NCBI GenBank assembly: GCA_951406725.2
Contig: OX597815.1
Location: 117,366,001 to 117,430,000, forward strand
Direction: 5' to 3'
DNA length: 64,000 nt
DNA from: Octopus vulgaris
Lineage: Eukaryota
Shown piece after piece: positions 27,691 to 43,826 of the stretch (position 1 is the stretch's first letter; each line of letters begins with the position of its first letter). The position numbers and the translations under genes are program-made. Under the pieces are notes generated by a model. It saw only the letters and a list, made by a program, of their open reading frames with translations. It made no database searches and was not told where the DNA came from.

Positions 27691-28249
27691 AGGTCTTTAT
27701 TTTTAGTCCTGCTAGGTTTCTAGTAACTCTCCTAACCAAGCAAGTATAGTGAAGGTGCCGATTTAGTTACCAACGATATGACCATGCAACAAGTTGTACT
27801 GAATTCCATGTTATCAGTAGCACTCATGAGAAACTTCAGAATTAAAAATTAGTTCTCATTGGGTGGAGTACTACTGAAACTGCGCTTCCTTACTATACCG
27901 GGTCAAGTGGGAATGGTTTTGTATATGTAAAACGATACGTGTTATCAACTCTGCGGTTATTTGCTTACTGACCTGATACGTCAAGTAAATGTGGATGAGA
28001 AATGTTTTTTAATTGATCAGGAGCCAGATATATTTACCAACTTAAACTGTCATTTTGTAGTTAAACCGGCCAAGTTCCTTACGATAATATAGCTGTTAAT
28101 TTAATCCCTTATTGGTCAGGTTAAAACTCAATTACATCCAAATGAAATATTTATCTCTATTCAAAAATTGAAAATACCTTTCTATGTTTCCCATGTCTTC
28201 GTAGTAGAAAAGTGCTTTCACCTTCCAGACACGTATCTTCTAGACTTCC

Positions 28250-28622
28250 AACCTGGTCAAACAAAATATTAAAATATATTATTGTTTTATAAAACATTTA
28301 AGCAAAATCGCATATTCGTTTAGATATTGGAACAAAATGAATGCTACTAGCCTTAGTAAACTAAGCTGAGCACTAAAAGATTACCTGGAAAATAAGTAGT
28401 AAGGCAAAACCTTATAGAATAGGCGATAACAGATGTGACTTTTGTGTGGAAGAAATGTACCAAATCTTCACTTTTAAATTTACTCTTATAAACACAAGAC
28501 AAGAACAGGTTCTAAGATCTCCACACTTGAGAAAATGTCCGTCTAAACAATTTAAATAAACACACCTCACCATCTATAGTAATTATGCTAGTTACAATAA
28601 TGACTATAACTAATGATATTCA

Positions 28623-28679
<57 letters not shown>

Positions 28680-29090
28680 CACTACCACCACCACCACCAC
28701 TACTAATAATAATATTAAAAACAATAATAATGATAATATTAATTGAGGGTATAAACTCAAAATAAGTGAAATATCTCTGAATAAATAATGTACTCAATAC
28801 AGCAACATGTAAACAGAACTGCTACAATTAATTGAAATCTGAATAAACATTTTAAAACCACGCTTCAACTGTAATACCAGTAGAAGTGGTTATAAGACCA
28901 ACATTCCGTTGGATTTAAAAAGCAACGCTATCACCTTCAACTGAATACCAACGCACGATGCTTGTTTGAATCTGTTCGCTTTGAAAATGTCGAGAGTGAT
29001 GGACCCTTGATGAAACAGCAACGACTAGAATGCATAATTGCATAAAAAGCAATGTGCAGTCACTGCAGTCGAAACATATGTAGGTCAGAT
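28250..29090 (+). mobile_element. Penelope-like element 3' remnant (GIY-YIG C-terminus plus terminal repeat)
   Basis: Remnants YSFRYWNKMNATSLSKL, ITWKI and KAKPYRIGDNRCDFCVEEMYQI...LINTRQE match the PLE endonuclease C-terminal pattern. A hammerhead-like motif follows downstream. Confidence 0.7.
29002..29086 (+). ncRNA. Type I hammerhead ribozyme-like motif (probably degenerate)
   Basis: GACC-CTTGATGA-[long stem II]-GAAAC-ATAT-GTA-GGTC. Stem I is GACC/GGTC and loop III is a palindromic tetraloop. There is one extra nucleotide in the CUGAUGA box. Confidence 0.55.
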
Positions 29091-29229
29091 ATATATATAT
29101 GCTGCAGAAAACATTTTAACAAAATGTTTTGGCTATGAACAAATCTCCACCCTCCTTTTCGCTTGGAATGTTACATACATATATATACATACATACATAT
29201 ATATACATACATACATACATACATATACA

Positions 29230-31807
<2,578 letters not shown>

Positions 31808-32060
31808 ACACACACACACTAACAATTAAGGCTGTTAGCAACAAGTACCCAATTTTCTTTCGTTATTAGGATGAGGTTCTTTGGGGCTTTATTCTTTTTC
31901 CCCCATTTCTCCTTTGTGGTTAGTGATAATCTGTGGGTTGGTCAGTTTGACTGCTATGTCAGCATGCTTGTACTCTTAATTATTAATTGATATTTTATAC
32001 CATTAAAGATTTTTTTACGCATGCTAAACCAATGATATTATTATAAATGATAATATCCTC

Positions 32061-32453
<393 letters not shown>

Positions 32454-32454
32454 T

Positions 32455-32462
32455 ATGTAAGT

Positions 32463-32522
<60 letters not shown>

Positions 32523-32924
32523 GTATGTATACATATATTTATATGTATGTATACATATATATATGTAAGTATACATATAGATATATATATATGTATACAT
32601 ATAGATATATATATGTATGTATACATATAGATATATATATGTATGTATACATATATATATATATGTATGTATACATATATATATGTATACATATAGATAT
32701 ATATATGTATGTATACATATATATATGTATGTATACATATATATATATATGTATGTATACATATATATATGTATGTATACATATATATATATATATGTAT
32801 GTATACATATATATATATGTATGTATACATATATATATATATATGTATGTATACATATATATATATGTATACATATATATATATATATATGTATGTATAC
32901 ATATATATATATATGTATGTATAC

Positions 32925-32971
<47 letters not shown>

Positions 32972-33200
32972 CATATATATATATATATGTATACATATAT
33001 ATATATGTATGTATACATATATATATATATATGTATACATATATATATATATGTATACATATATATATATATGTATGTATACATATATATATATATATGT
33101 ATGTATGCATATATATATATATATATATGTATGTATACATATATATATATATGTATGTATATATATATATATATATATGTATGTATACATATAAACATAT
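32455..33200. repeat. Compound (TA)n/GTATGTATAC microsatellite array
   Basis: About 740 bp of repeating (TA)n-GTAT-GTATAC units. It is the source of the long YIYI pseudo-ORFs. Confidence 0.95.
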
Positions 33201-33208
33201 ATTTATGT

Positions 33209-33649
33209 ACTAGTGTTACCCATCATATGACGGGGAATTTTATACAATAATTATAATTCAATTTTTATCAAATTTATTAGTGCTTACACAAAATGATGAA
33301 ATGAATAGTAGTTTTCAAAAGAAAAAAATATTTATTATTTTAAAGTAAAATTAAATAAAACAAATATTTAATTTATATATTTGCAATAAGTATATGCTGT
33401 TATATTTCTAAATTTTACGAACAATTTTATTGTAATTTACTCCATCACAAACTTACTTCTACGTAATTTCATAAAAAAATGTGTATTCTTCAGAAAGTTA
33501 CAAGACACTTTTCCTGCTTTTCTTATGCCAACTCTGTACCTCTGTTTTACTCTCACACCCTCTTTCTCTTCAGGGTGTAAAACGTGATTGGAGAAATTAG
33601 CGAACGAACGACTTAACCAGTATTCATTATGGCTTTTATTAAACAGAGA
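33209..33649 (-). mobile_element. Short Helitron-like element, different family
   Basis: The minus strand begins TCTCTG and ends CCCGTC-atat-GATGGG-taaca-CTAG, inserted between A and T. Confidence 0.6.
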
Positions 33650-34502
33650 TACATAGATGTAACTACGATTTCAACCAAAGGGTTTCCACTTGTTAAAATG
33701 AACTTACTTACCATTAAGCATCTAATTTATGAAAACTACAAAAATAAAATAAACTAGTTAATTATTATATTTGTATGGAGCTCCGGCACAGTAGTTTGTT
33801 CAAACCTGCTAAACCCCCCACTGCTTATGGGGAGGAACCGATATATATTGACAAACTTGTGAAATGGCTATATGATACTGCATTAGTATTTGGTTTCACA
33901 TCTGGTTATGAACTAATTTCCTGATAACATTGATAACCATTTATAATATTTTGTTTGTATCCTGGGAGGTTCATTATGCCAACTATACACAGATGCTCTG
34001 GTTCTGTTTCACTTCTTTCGCTAACATATTTAACCAATTAACTCATTGTCTCTTTGATTAATCGTTTAGCTGAATTAGTCCAAGTCGTATTATCGCTATT
34101 TACGACCTCATCGATGACATGCCCTCTGTTGTGAGTGGCGACGATAAGGCTTTGACAAATCTAACTGACTGATTGATTAACCGATCGCTTGATCAAGCAA
34201 TTGATTAGTTAATGGGTCAAATGTTAACGAATTGACTAATAAAAATGATGATAAACTAAAACCATTGCATGCGTCTATTACTGGTATAATGATCCCATCT
34301 ACGAGACAGCCAAACCTGTTTCGACAAACGAGTTCACACATCCAGATACTTGTAAAGTAAATACAAAAAGGAAATAATTCTAACTCACAAAATTATAAAA
34401 TGAAAATCTGTTCAAATCGTAAGGTAAAATGCAATAATTACACCCGAATTTAGCATTATAATGTTGAAAATATTCCCCGCAATATAAAATTGTGATACAT
34501 AC

Positions 34503-34574
34503 CGAATCAGAAGAACATAGGGAATTAGTTCCTGTTCCTGTTCCTTCATCACTAACTTCAATTAATGGCGAAAT
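34503..34574 (-). CDS. Probable N-terminal exon of the transporter (ISPLIEVSDEGTGTGTNSLCSSDS)
   Basis: Strong polypyrimidine tract with ttctag acceptor and gtatgt donor. 72 nt, phase 0-0, open, and compatible with the 24474 acceptor. Confidence 0.62.
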
Positions 34575-34944
34575 CTAGAAAAGTAAAAGAGAAAGTGAGC
34601 AAAAGATGAAAGAAAGAAAAAGTGATGGCGTTCATATTTTTGAGCCAATTTGTCATAACCATGGCTGTAACTGATACTAAGATTTGATCTTAAGAAAAAT
34701 ACGCCAAGGAAACCGGGAAACCGGCCCTTATAAGCCAGGCATGGCTCGAGAAGGAACAAATAAAACGCCCCAATGTACAGCTGATACTTATTTTATCGAA
34801 CCGAAAGGCAAAGTCAACGTCGGCGGAGTTTGAAGTAAGAACGTAAAGATGGACGAAATGTCGCTATGCATTTTGTCCGGCTTGTTAATGATTCTGCCAG
34901 CTCGCCACCTCACACACAGTTCTAATACTATTTCACCCAGTTGA

Positions 34945-35144
34945 GGGTGGCGAGCTGCCAGAATCGTTAGCACGTTGAGCAAAATGCTTAGCGGTATTTC
35001 ACTCTTCTTCATGTTCCGCCGAGGTCGACCTTTTTTCCTTTCGGAGTTGCTAAAATAAGTACTAGTCAAGCACTGAGGTCGATGTAACCGATTTAACTTC
35101 TCTCCCGAAGTTACTAGCTCTGTGTCAAAATTTGAAATCATCAT
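34945..35144 (+). mobile_element. tRNA-derived SINE, family B, with 16-bp TSD (other copies about 568-783, 2325-2550, 17750-17900 -, 25205-25388, 34788-34908 -, 46163-46372, 50113-50280 -, 50530-50910)
   Basis: Head GGCGAGCTGCCAGAATCGTTAGC and body GAGGTCGAC...AAATAAGTAC. TATTTCACCCAGTTGA is duplicated at 34929-34944 and 35145-35160. Confidence 0.88.
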
Positions 35145-35763
35145 TATTTCACCCAGTTGAAGATTAACACTTTACCGGTTCTATTTATTGTATCTTGAAA
35201 GAAAATATATCACGTATCATAAGCACTAGCATAGCTAGAGTGTGTGCCGCCCGGGGTGGGCTTTCCGTTTGCCGTTCCCGGACCCCACAAAAGAAACACA
35301 TTGCCTACAGCAGACCCAAAAGTGCTGCCCCATTAAAAGTTCCGCCCGGAGCGGACTGCCCCTACCAATTATTTAAACATAATAATTTATCCATTATTCA
35401 AACATAAAGTGCAACATTCTTATTCGCAAAAATAGTTTCAAAAGTTGAATAACATTTCCTAACATTCTTTCGTTTTATTGTTCACCCTTAAATAAATATG
35501 GCAGCTTGAACAAATATTTTAATTTTTAGTTCTGTTATCATTTTCATTCATTTTCAAAACTGATCCTTATTAATAGTACATTTCATATCAGGTCTACATT
35601 GATACATTTTCCGCGAGGTTCCATTGTTTCGTGTCATTCAATCTATGATGTTATATTTATAGTCCGGTACCGACCACCCAACAAAACTGCAAGAACCAGC
35701 GCTCACAAAGACACACAATACTGGCCGCCGTTTGCAAGCAAGCCATTAATAAGTAAATATGTA

Positions 35764-36155
35764 GGCGTAGGAGTGGCTGTGTGGTAAGTAGCTTGCTTAC
35801 GAACCACATGGTTCTGGGTTCTGTCCCACTGCGTGGCACCTTGGACAAGAGTCTTCTACGATAGCCTCGGGCCGACCAAAGCCTTGTGAGTGGATTTGGT
35901 AGGCGGAAACTGAAAGAAGCCCGTCGTATACCTGCATATATATATGTATGTGTGTGTATATGTTTGTGTGTTTGTGCCCCCAACATCGCTTGACAACCAA
36001 TGCTGGTGTGTTTACGTCCCCGTAACTTAGCGGTTCGGCAAAAGAGACCGATAGAATAAGTACTAGGCTTACAAAGAATAAGTCCTGGGGTCGATTTGCT
36101 CGAGTAAAGGCGGTGCTCCAGCATGGCCACAGTCACATGACTGAAACAAGTTAAA
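35764..36155 (+). mobile_element. Full-length tRNA-derived SINE, family A (other copies about 1636-1938 -, 5625-5990 -, 7622-7980 -, 23313-23478 -, 39195-39385 +, 41490-41830 -, 44167-44568 -, 54173-54541 -, 60637-60915 +, 60940-61098 -)
   Basis: A box TGGCTGTGTGG, B-box-like GGTTCTGTCCC, a central microsatellite and a conserved body repeated about 10 times in the window. Confidence 0.9.
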
Positions 36156-36542
36156 AATGGTTAAATATAGTTTAATCATCAGACAATCGACCGTTTGATA
36201 AATTCCATGTGAATGGAAAGCAAAATTCTTAGCACACAGCCATGTCAACGCTAAAAGGTAAAACAACAAATAAGACAAAAATACAAACTAAATTATGAAA
36301 TTAAACGAACTGACAAATGAAATTATGAAAAATAGATAAAGAAAAAGAAATATGTTGCTAGAATAGAAAGCGGTTCTCCTTTGCTGGAAATACAAAACGG
36401 CCAATGAAAATGAATTTACATTAAGCAGACAGTTCGAATAAAAAAAAAAAATAAATAAAAAAAAACAGGGACTCATATTTTGCATTGCAAGCATCATGGG
36501 TATTTGTGTCTCGAAGATGGCAGTCTCAAGAATTCAACTGAC

Positions 36543-36548
36543 CGGCAT
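36543..36548 (-). CDS. Candidate proximal start-codon exon end (ATG CCG | gtcagt)
   Basis: Phase-0 donor directly after Met-Pro, about 280 nt downstream of a CCAAT/E-box cluster. It gives a 451-aa product. The signal is short and could arise by chance. Confidence 0.35.
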
Positions 36549-36819
36549 GAGTGAGCCACAGGCTTTGTATTGGTCTCACACGTAGAGTTGAAATATTTTC
36601 CTGTATTTCATGCAACGTCACACACACTCAAACACACACACACACACACACACGCACACACGCACGCACGCGCGCACACAAGAAGATTATGTCCTTATTA
36701 ACTACTGTAACAATATCGTTACACTCATTGCTATCTTCACTGTTTGAGAAGAGTATTAAGAATAATCTCGTTCGAGATTACAAACATCTTCGGCTAGTTT
36801 AACGTTGTTGTAACCACTA

Positions 36820-36975
36820 ACTTGATTGGCTGACACGTGGTCTCTACTACGTTCGCACCGCTGGTAGTCACGTGACGCGATTTGCCTCCGCTTATTTTCG
36901 CGCCATTTGTTCCAAGCAGCCAATCACAGCTTTTCATTTCTGAAGTTCGTTTGAGCCACATAAACCTTATATAAC
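36820..36975. promoter_or_regulatory. CpG-containing promoter-like cluster: CCAAT x2, E-box, CLEAR motif, YY1-like site
   Basis: ATTGG 36825-36829, CACGTG 36834-36839, GTCACGTGAC 36867-36876, CGCCATTT 36901-36908, CCAAT 36920-36924, TTATATAA near 36967. Confidence 0.6.
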
Positions 36976-38474
36976 GAAGTGTTCTCAGACATTTTTCGTC
37001 TTGGGTTTTTAGTTCTTTTCAGAGCTAAACCTCTGACCACAGAGTTCGTCTTTGGTTCCAGTCCTTTTCAGGGCGGACCTCTGACCACACAGAGCATACC
37101 AACCATGTTCCGGTTCGAAAGGCAGGCGATCACCAAGCATAACTATCCACGAAGATTTAGCTTGTACACAAGATGTTACAGATTCATCTCATACTGTTAG
37201 TGTGAAAATATCACCACGAAAAGAACGGTTACAGGATATCTATAACTAGAGAAAAATAACCAAGCAGAATATACAATGAAGACGCAGAAAAAACCAAGCG
37301 ATAGACACAACTCATCGCCAAACATCGTCTCTATCTACGAAGATTTAAATTGTATACAAGACACCTATGGATTCAACTCTAGCGGTTAGGTGAAAATCTC
37401 ACCACGGGAAAAACGGCTACAGTTAATATATCTGGAAGTATATTCATATCAAGAGAAAGATACAACACAAGTGATTCAATTAATCTCAACTACGAGACGC
37501 AACATTTTGATATGCAACTCTTGCACTCCGTGTATCTCATAAACGGTAAATCAATTATCTGTCTTGAGTACTAGTTCTAAGAACTACCTTAAGCCATCTG
37601 CTACTACCTGTTGCTATGCTGATACCAACAACATGAACTGAAACAAATTCCATTGTTAATTCTATAGTCAGTACCTTTTATGCCTCACGAATACACAGAT
37701 ACAAAAACATGCTAACACTTACGAACTCTTAAAATTTACACGATTGTAAAACATGTAGAATAAATAATGTATATAGCCCAAAAAGAAATCTTGTTGTTAT
37801 TCCACTTGTGTTCTATTGCCGCTGTATGTATTATATGGTCTAAAATAATCATTAAGAATGGGACCGCGTGCGATTGTATTTCCTACACAATACGACCGCA
37901 TGTGATCCTATTTTTTATACTATCAAGCCTAAACAAAGTGAAGGAAAAGTAAACCTTACCAGCAAAAACAGAAAAAAAAAAAAGAAAAGGAAGAGCTGTG
38001 GAAAGAATTATCTCCGCAGCTTCATCTCAACCATTGTAAAGTGCAATCCTGAATAAGTACTGGAAAGATGAACAACATCGATGAAGAAACCTTAAGGATA
38101 ACTCTAACAACTATGTAATTTTATCATTTGTTATAAGGCAACAGTCGAGAGAGTGCTGAGCTGGAATAGTTTGGGAAGATTTAAACGTTATAGTGTCATA
38201 TTCTTTTCGTCTCGATCTACGTCTTGTACCAAGTAAAAAACAAAACAAAACAAAACAAAAACTGTCATTAATTATTGTGAGCGATTTACACTGTAAATAC
38301 TTTGTGGATGGAGTCTGCATTAGTAGGCGCATGCGTGGCGGTTGGTTAAGAAGCTCGCTTTGCAACTGCGTGGTCTTGGGTTCCCATTGCGCAGCATCTT
38401 GGGTTAATGGCTTCTACTGTTGCCTGGGTCGACCAATACTTTAAGGGTGAACATGGTAGATGGAAATTGTGCGA

Positions 38475-39191
<717 letters not shown>

Positions 39192-39764
39192 TGTTTGTTT
39201 GTCCCCCTCTCTACTGTTTAATAATCGGTGTTGAATTGTTTACGTCTCAGTATCTTAGCGAGCCGGCAAAAGAGACCGGTAGAATAAGTACCAGATTATA
39301 AAGTAGTACAGGTGTCGATTTTTTCGACCTATCCCTTCAAGGTGTTGTCCCAGCACGGCTGCAATGATTGCAACGTGTAAAAGATATGAGAAAAGATTAG
39401 TAGCTGCTAATAAACTTGATCTTTCATAAATGATTAATTATAACTCTCCAGTTAATAAGGTACAAAAGTTTTTTATACTTACATCCATGTTAGTAGTCAG
39501 TGTTAGGAAATGCGGGATTTCAAAATGGAGGATTTTGCCTTGGCTTTGAAGTTAGACGAATGTAATAGGACGGTGATAACTTGTATTTTTGTTGTCACTG
39601 GGATTAAAAAATGGTTTCAATTAGAACAAGGAAATAGTTCATTGCAAAAGTAAAAGTATGGGTTTGTGTGTGCATACACACACACATACTTGCATATATA
39701 TATATATGTACTTGTATGTACATATGTGTATGTATATATGTACATGTATGTACACGTATGTGTG

Positions 39765-39879
<115 letters not shown>

Positions 39880-39906
39880 GTGTGTGTGTGTGTATATATA
39901 TGTATA

Positions 39907-39971
<65 letters not shown>

Positions 39972-40496
39972 TTATAAATATACACACACACACATACATA
40001 CATACATACATACATACAAACATACATACATACATACATACATACATACATACATACATACATACATACATACATACATACATAAACAGCTTTTCTTTTA
40101 CGACAACCTATTTTATATTAGATTTTTCCTATTATCTTAGCTTTTTATAGTTGATTTGTAACAGCAGAGTTTCTAAATCCATACCGACGTTTCTCTACCT
40201 TCACAATCCCGATTTCAAGAATTCACTGGAATATACTTGGCGTCTGTGTTTTTTATATACTGATAAAATTCAAATAAATGTTCCCACCAATGGGGTTTTT
40301 GACCGTTAGCATCATGCATCAGCCGTTACTCTGTTGTTCTAATCCGACCGTTAAAAGCTGATAAGAAAATAGGAAAAATCTAAAATAAAATCGATAAAGA
40401 TAAAAGGTGGAAATAGTCGTATATTTAATGGAACATATACACATCTCCGCATACATACATGTATACATACACACATTTATGTGTATATACACATAG

Positions 40497-40529
<33 letters not shown>

Positions 40530-40795
40530 TGTATGTATGTATGTATATATATATATACAAACACACATACACACACATATATATATTCAGACATATGTGT
40601 GTGTGTGTGTGTGCGTGTGTTTATATAGAGGCAATTATGCGGATAAAGAAAATAGATATATTAAATATAACAGTTTGGATATGAAATACAACGTATGTAT
40701 ATATGTATACGTGCAAAACGAGAGAAAGCAAAAATTGGAGACTTTCACATGATGAATATTTCATTATAAATAAATAGATATTTATATTAATAGAT

Positions 40796-41231
40796 GCAAC
40801 TTACACAGAATACAAGCGACAGAGAAAATTAAAGAGGAGGAAGAAAAGCGTTATAAGTTCAATAGCTGTTTCTGGAGGCACGGAGAGCCATCACAATGTA
40901 GGTGGATGTATAGTTCATCAAAATATGCGGCCGTAATGGAAGCAATCAAGTTTGGATAAATCGAGCTTCTTTCATCAGGGTAGAGATCTTATATTTCAGA
41001 TCATAATGTAGAGAAGTTCAATAAAGGAAACATTGATCTTCTCTGCAGTATGATCTGAAATGTAAGATCTTCTCCACTCTGATGAAGGAGGCTCGATTTA
41101 TCCAACGTTGATTGCCTCCATTACGGCTGCATACTGTGATGAACTCCGAAACTCCAGAAACAGATGTTGAACTTATAGCACCTTTCTTCCTCCCCTTTAA
41201 TTTCTCAATCGTTTGTACTCTGTGTAAGCTG
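40796..41231. repeat. Long imperfect foldback with a loop of about 9 nt
   Basis: cttacacaga...gagaagttcaat-aaaggaaac-attgatcttctc...tctgtgtaag, with arms of about 200 bp. Confidence 0.92.
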
Positions 41232-41677
41232 AGTATGTGTGTATTAATATAAATATCTATATATTATATTTGAATATTCATTCTCTGAAAGCTTCCATTT
41301 CTTGCTTTCTCTCGCTTTGCAAGTATACATATATACATATTCTGTATTTCATACCTAAACCGTTATATTTGATATATCTAATTTGTTTATCTGTATTAAT
41401 GTCTCCATATATACTAAAAATTCATACATATATGTGCTTGTGTGTGTTTGTGTGTATGTGTGTATGTGTGAGCGTGTCTGCATTCTTTTATTCTTTTGCT
41501 TTTTTCAGTAATTTGACTGCGGCCATGCTGGAGCACCGCCTTTAGTCGAATAATTCTACCCCAGGACTCATTCTATCGGCCTCTTTTGCTGAACCGCTAG
41601 GTTATGGGGACGTAAACACACCAACATCGGTTGTCAAGCGATGGTGGAGAGTCAAAGACAGACACACAAAGACACAC

Positions 41678-41731
<54 letters not shown>

Positions 41732-41966
41732 GACGGGCTTTCAGTTTCCGTCCACTAAATCCACTCAATAAGGCTTTATTGGCCTGAGGCTCTAGTAGAA
41801 GATACTTGCCCAAGGTATTACGCCTGTGCCTATAATATATATATATAAATAAATATAAATAAATAAATATATATATATATATATATGTGTTTATATATGT
41901 ATGTATTTGTACTGATATATATATATATATATGTATATATATGTATGTATGTATGTACATAAGCGT

Positions 41967-42290
41967 ACAGGGTACAACACATACATTTACTCATTGTTTA
42001 AACTTAGTAATTTATTCATTCATTATTCGCGCATAAATTGTGACATTCGTATTCTCAAAAATAGTTGCAAATGTATAGCGCTTCATAACATTCTTTTGTT
42101 TTATTTTTTACTGTTAATTAAATATGATGACTCAGACAAAACGTCAACAAATTGTTGCACTGAAAATAGCTGGCACAAAGAAATTCTTAAATTCTTAAAA
42201 CAGCTGAATATTTGCAGAAAAACTGTTTTTAACGTGTGGAAAAGTTTCAGGAAGTGCAAACACGTTCACCAAACCAGGTTTCAGAATGAA
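41967..42290 (+). mobile_element. Truncated Tc1-like transposon 5' end
   Basis: TA|CAGGGT terminus and HTH remnant MTQTKRQQIVALKIAG..KEI..KQLNICRKTVFNVWK. Confidence 0.6.
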
Positions 42291-42744
42291 ACCGTTGAGT
42301 TCGTGCGAGGAGATCGATTGAAGACGTCAAGGGGAGGATGAAGAGAAAATCATGAAAGAGAATAAAGAAGATGAGAAAAGAACACTTCAGCCGAGAAATA
42401 ATTAAAGGCTATGGCGAAAGCAAAGGACAGCTATTTGGTATGGTAAATATATGTAACATACTGTCAATGAATACAACAAATCATTCTGTAAACTTTCATT
42501 AACCACACCCTAAAACACTTCGTTTTATGTTGACATAATGGATTAGTAAATATGTTACACTTCTCCTTTCTCCTTTTCCTCTTCTCTGGACTTTTTCTCT
42601 TTCTGACAAAGAGCCATGCTCAAAACGTCATTTCCATTTTAATTTTTTCATTGAAACCTTTCACTGAGCGCCAGTCTAACATATTCACTGTGTACGTCTA
42701 ATTGGCTTTTGCTTGTTTTTCTTTTATGTTTTTCATTTGCCTAT

Positions 42745-42780
<36 letters not shown>

Positions 42781-42781
42781 T

Positions 42782-43637
42782 TATAAAATACAGTGAACAT
42801 TTAAAAATTATAAGGAATCCACTCGTGGGATTCATCACGTTAGAAAGAACAGCTAGGTTCTATAACCACAAAATTAGGGATAAAATTCGACAGGAACGAA
42901 ATGAAAAAATAAAGACATTTTACCATCTAGTTTCCTGGACCAATTGGTTTCTGATTTTAGTTTAGCAAGTAAATAACATTTACCTGCTAGGTGAAATCGT
43001 TCTCAACAGGTACAATTCCACGAGTGGATTCCTTATGTGTTTAAATATACACTGTATTTTATGACTAATACATAGTCTTTTACACATTGGGCCACTCGAA
43101 ATGAAAATTTCTATTAATTTCCATTTCCTTTTGATATGATTCAGTATTGTAAGTTTTTGGATAATTTTCGGTTTTAGAAGTTGGCATTTTCTTTATTGCC
43201 GGCGAAGGGCTGCGTCTGCGCAGTAGATTTTGATAAAATAATAGCAATAATGACCATATTCACTCTGAGTGATAGATATGGGAATATGAAACATTATATA
43301 TTTAATCTAAGGTGTACCTGTTGAGAACAATTTCACCCAGCGTGTAAATGTTATTTACTTGCTAAACTAAAATCAGAAACCAATTGGTCCAGGAAACTAG
43401 ATTGTAAAATGTCTTTATTTTTTCATTTTGTTCCTGTCGAATTTTATCCCTAATTTTGTGGTTATAGAAGCTAGCTGTTCTTTCTAGCGTGTTGGATCCC
43501 ACGAGTGGATTCCTTATGTGTTTAAATGTATCCTGTATTTTATAACTAATACATAGTCTTTGGACTAAATTTTTACACGTTGGGCCACTGGAATTGAAAA
43601 TTTCTATTAATTTCCATTTCCCTTTGATATGATTAAG

Positions 43638-43704
<67 letters not shown>

Positions 43705-43826
43705 TTGTATGTCTGTATTAGATATTAGCAATGTGTAATTAATTTTGGATAATTTTATAATTATTATAATAGCAATAATGACCATATTCACTCTGAGTGA
43801 TAGATATGGAAATATGAAACATTAAT
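42782..43826. repeat. Nested inverted and direct repeat block
   Basis: 42782-43014 is the reverse complement of 43313-43545. 43017-43150 repeats at 43497-43640, and 43239-43296 repeats at 43767-43826. Confidence 0.9.

Noticed and set aside
35764-35840. tRNA-like A/B boxes here and at other SINE heads
   Set aside because: They continue into multicopy SINE bodies and do not form complete cloverleaves, so they are not tRNA genes.
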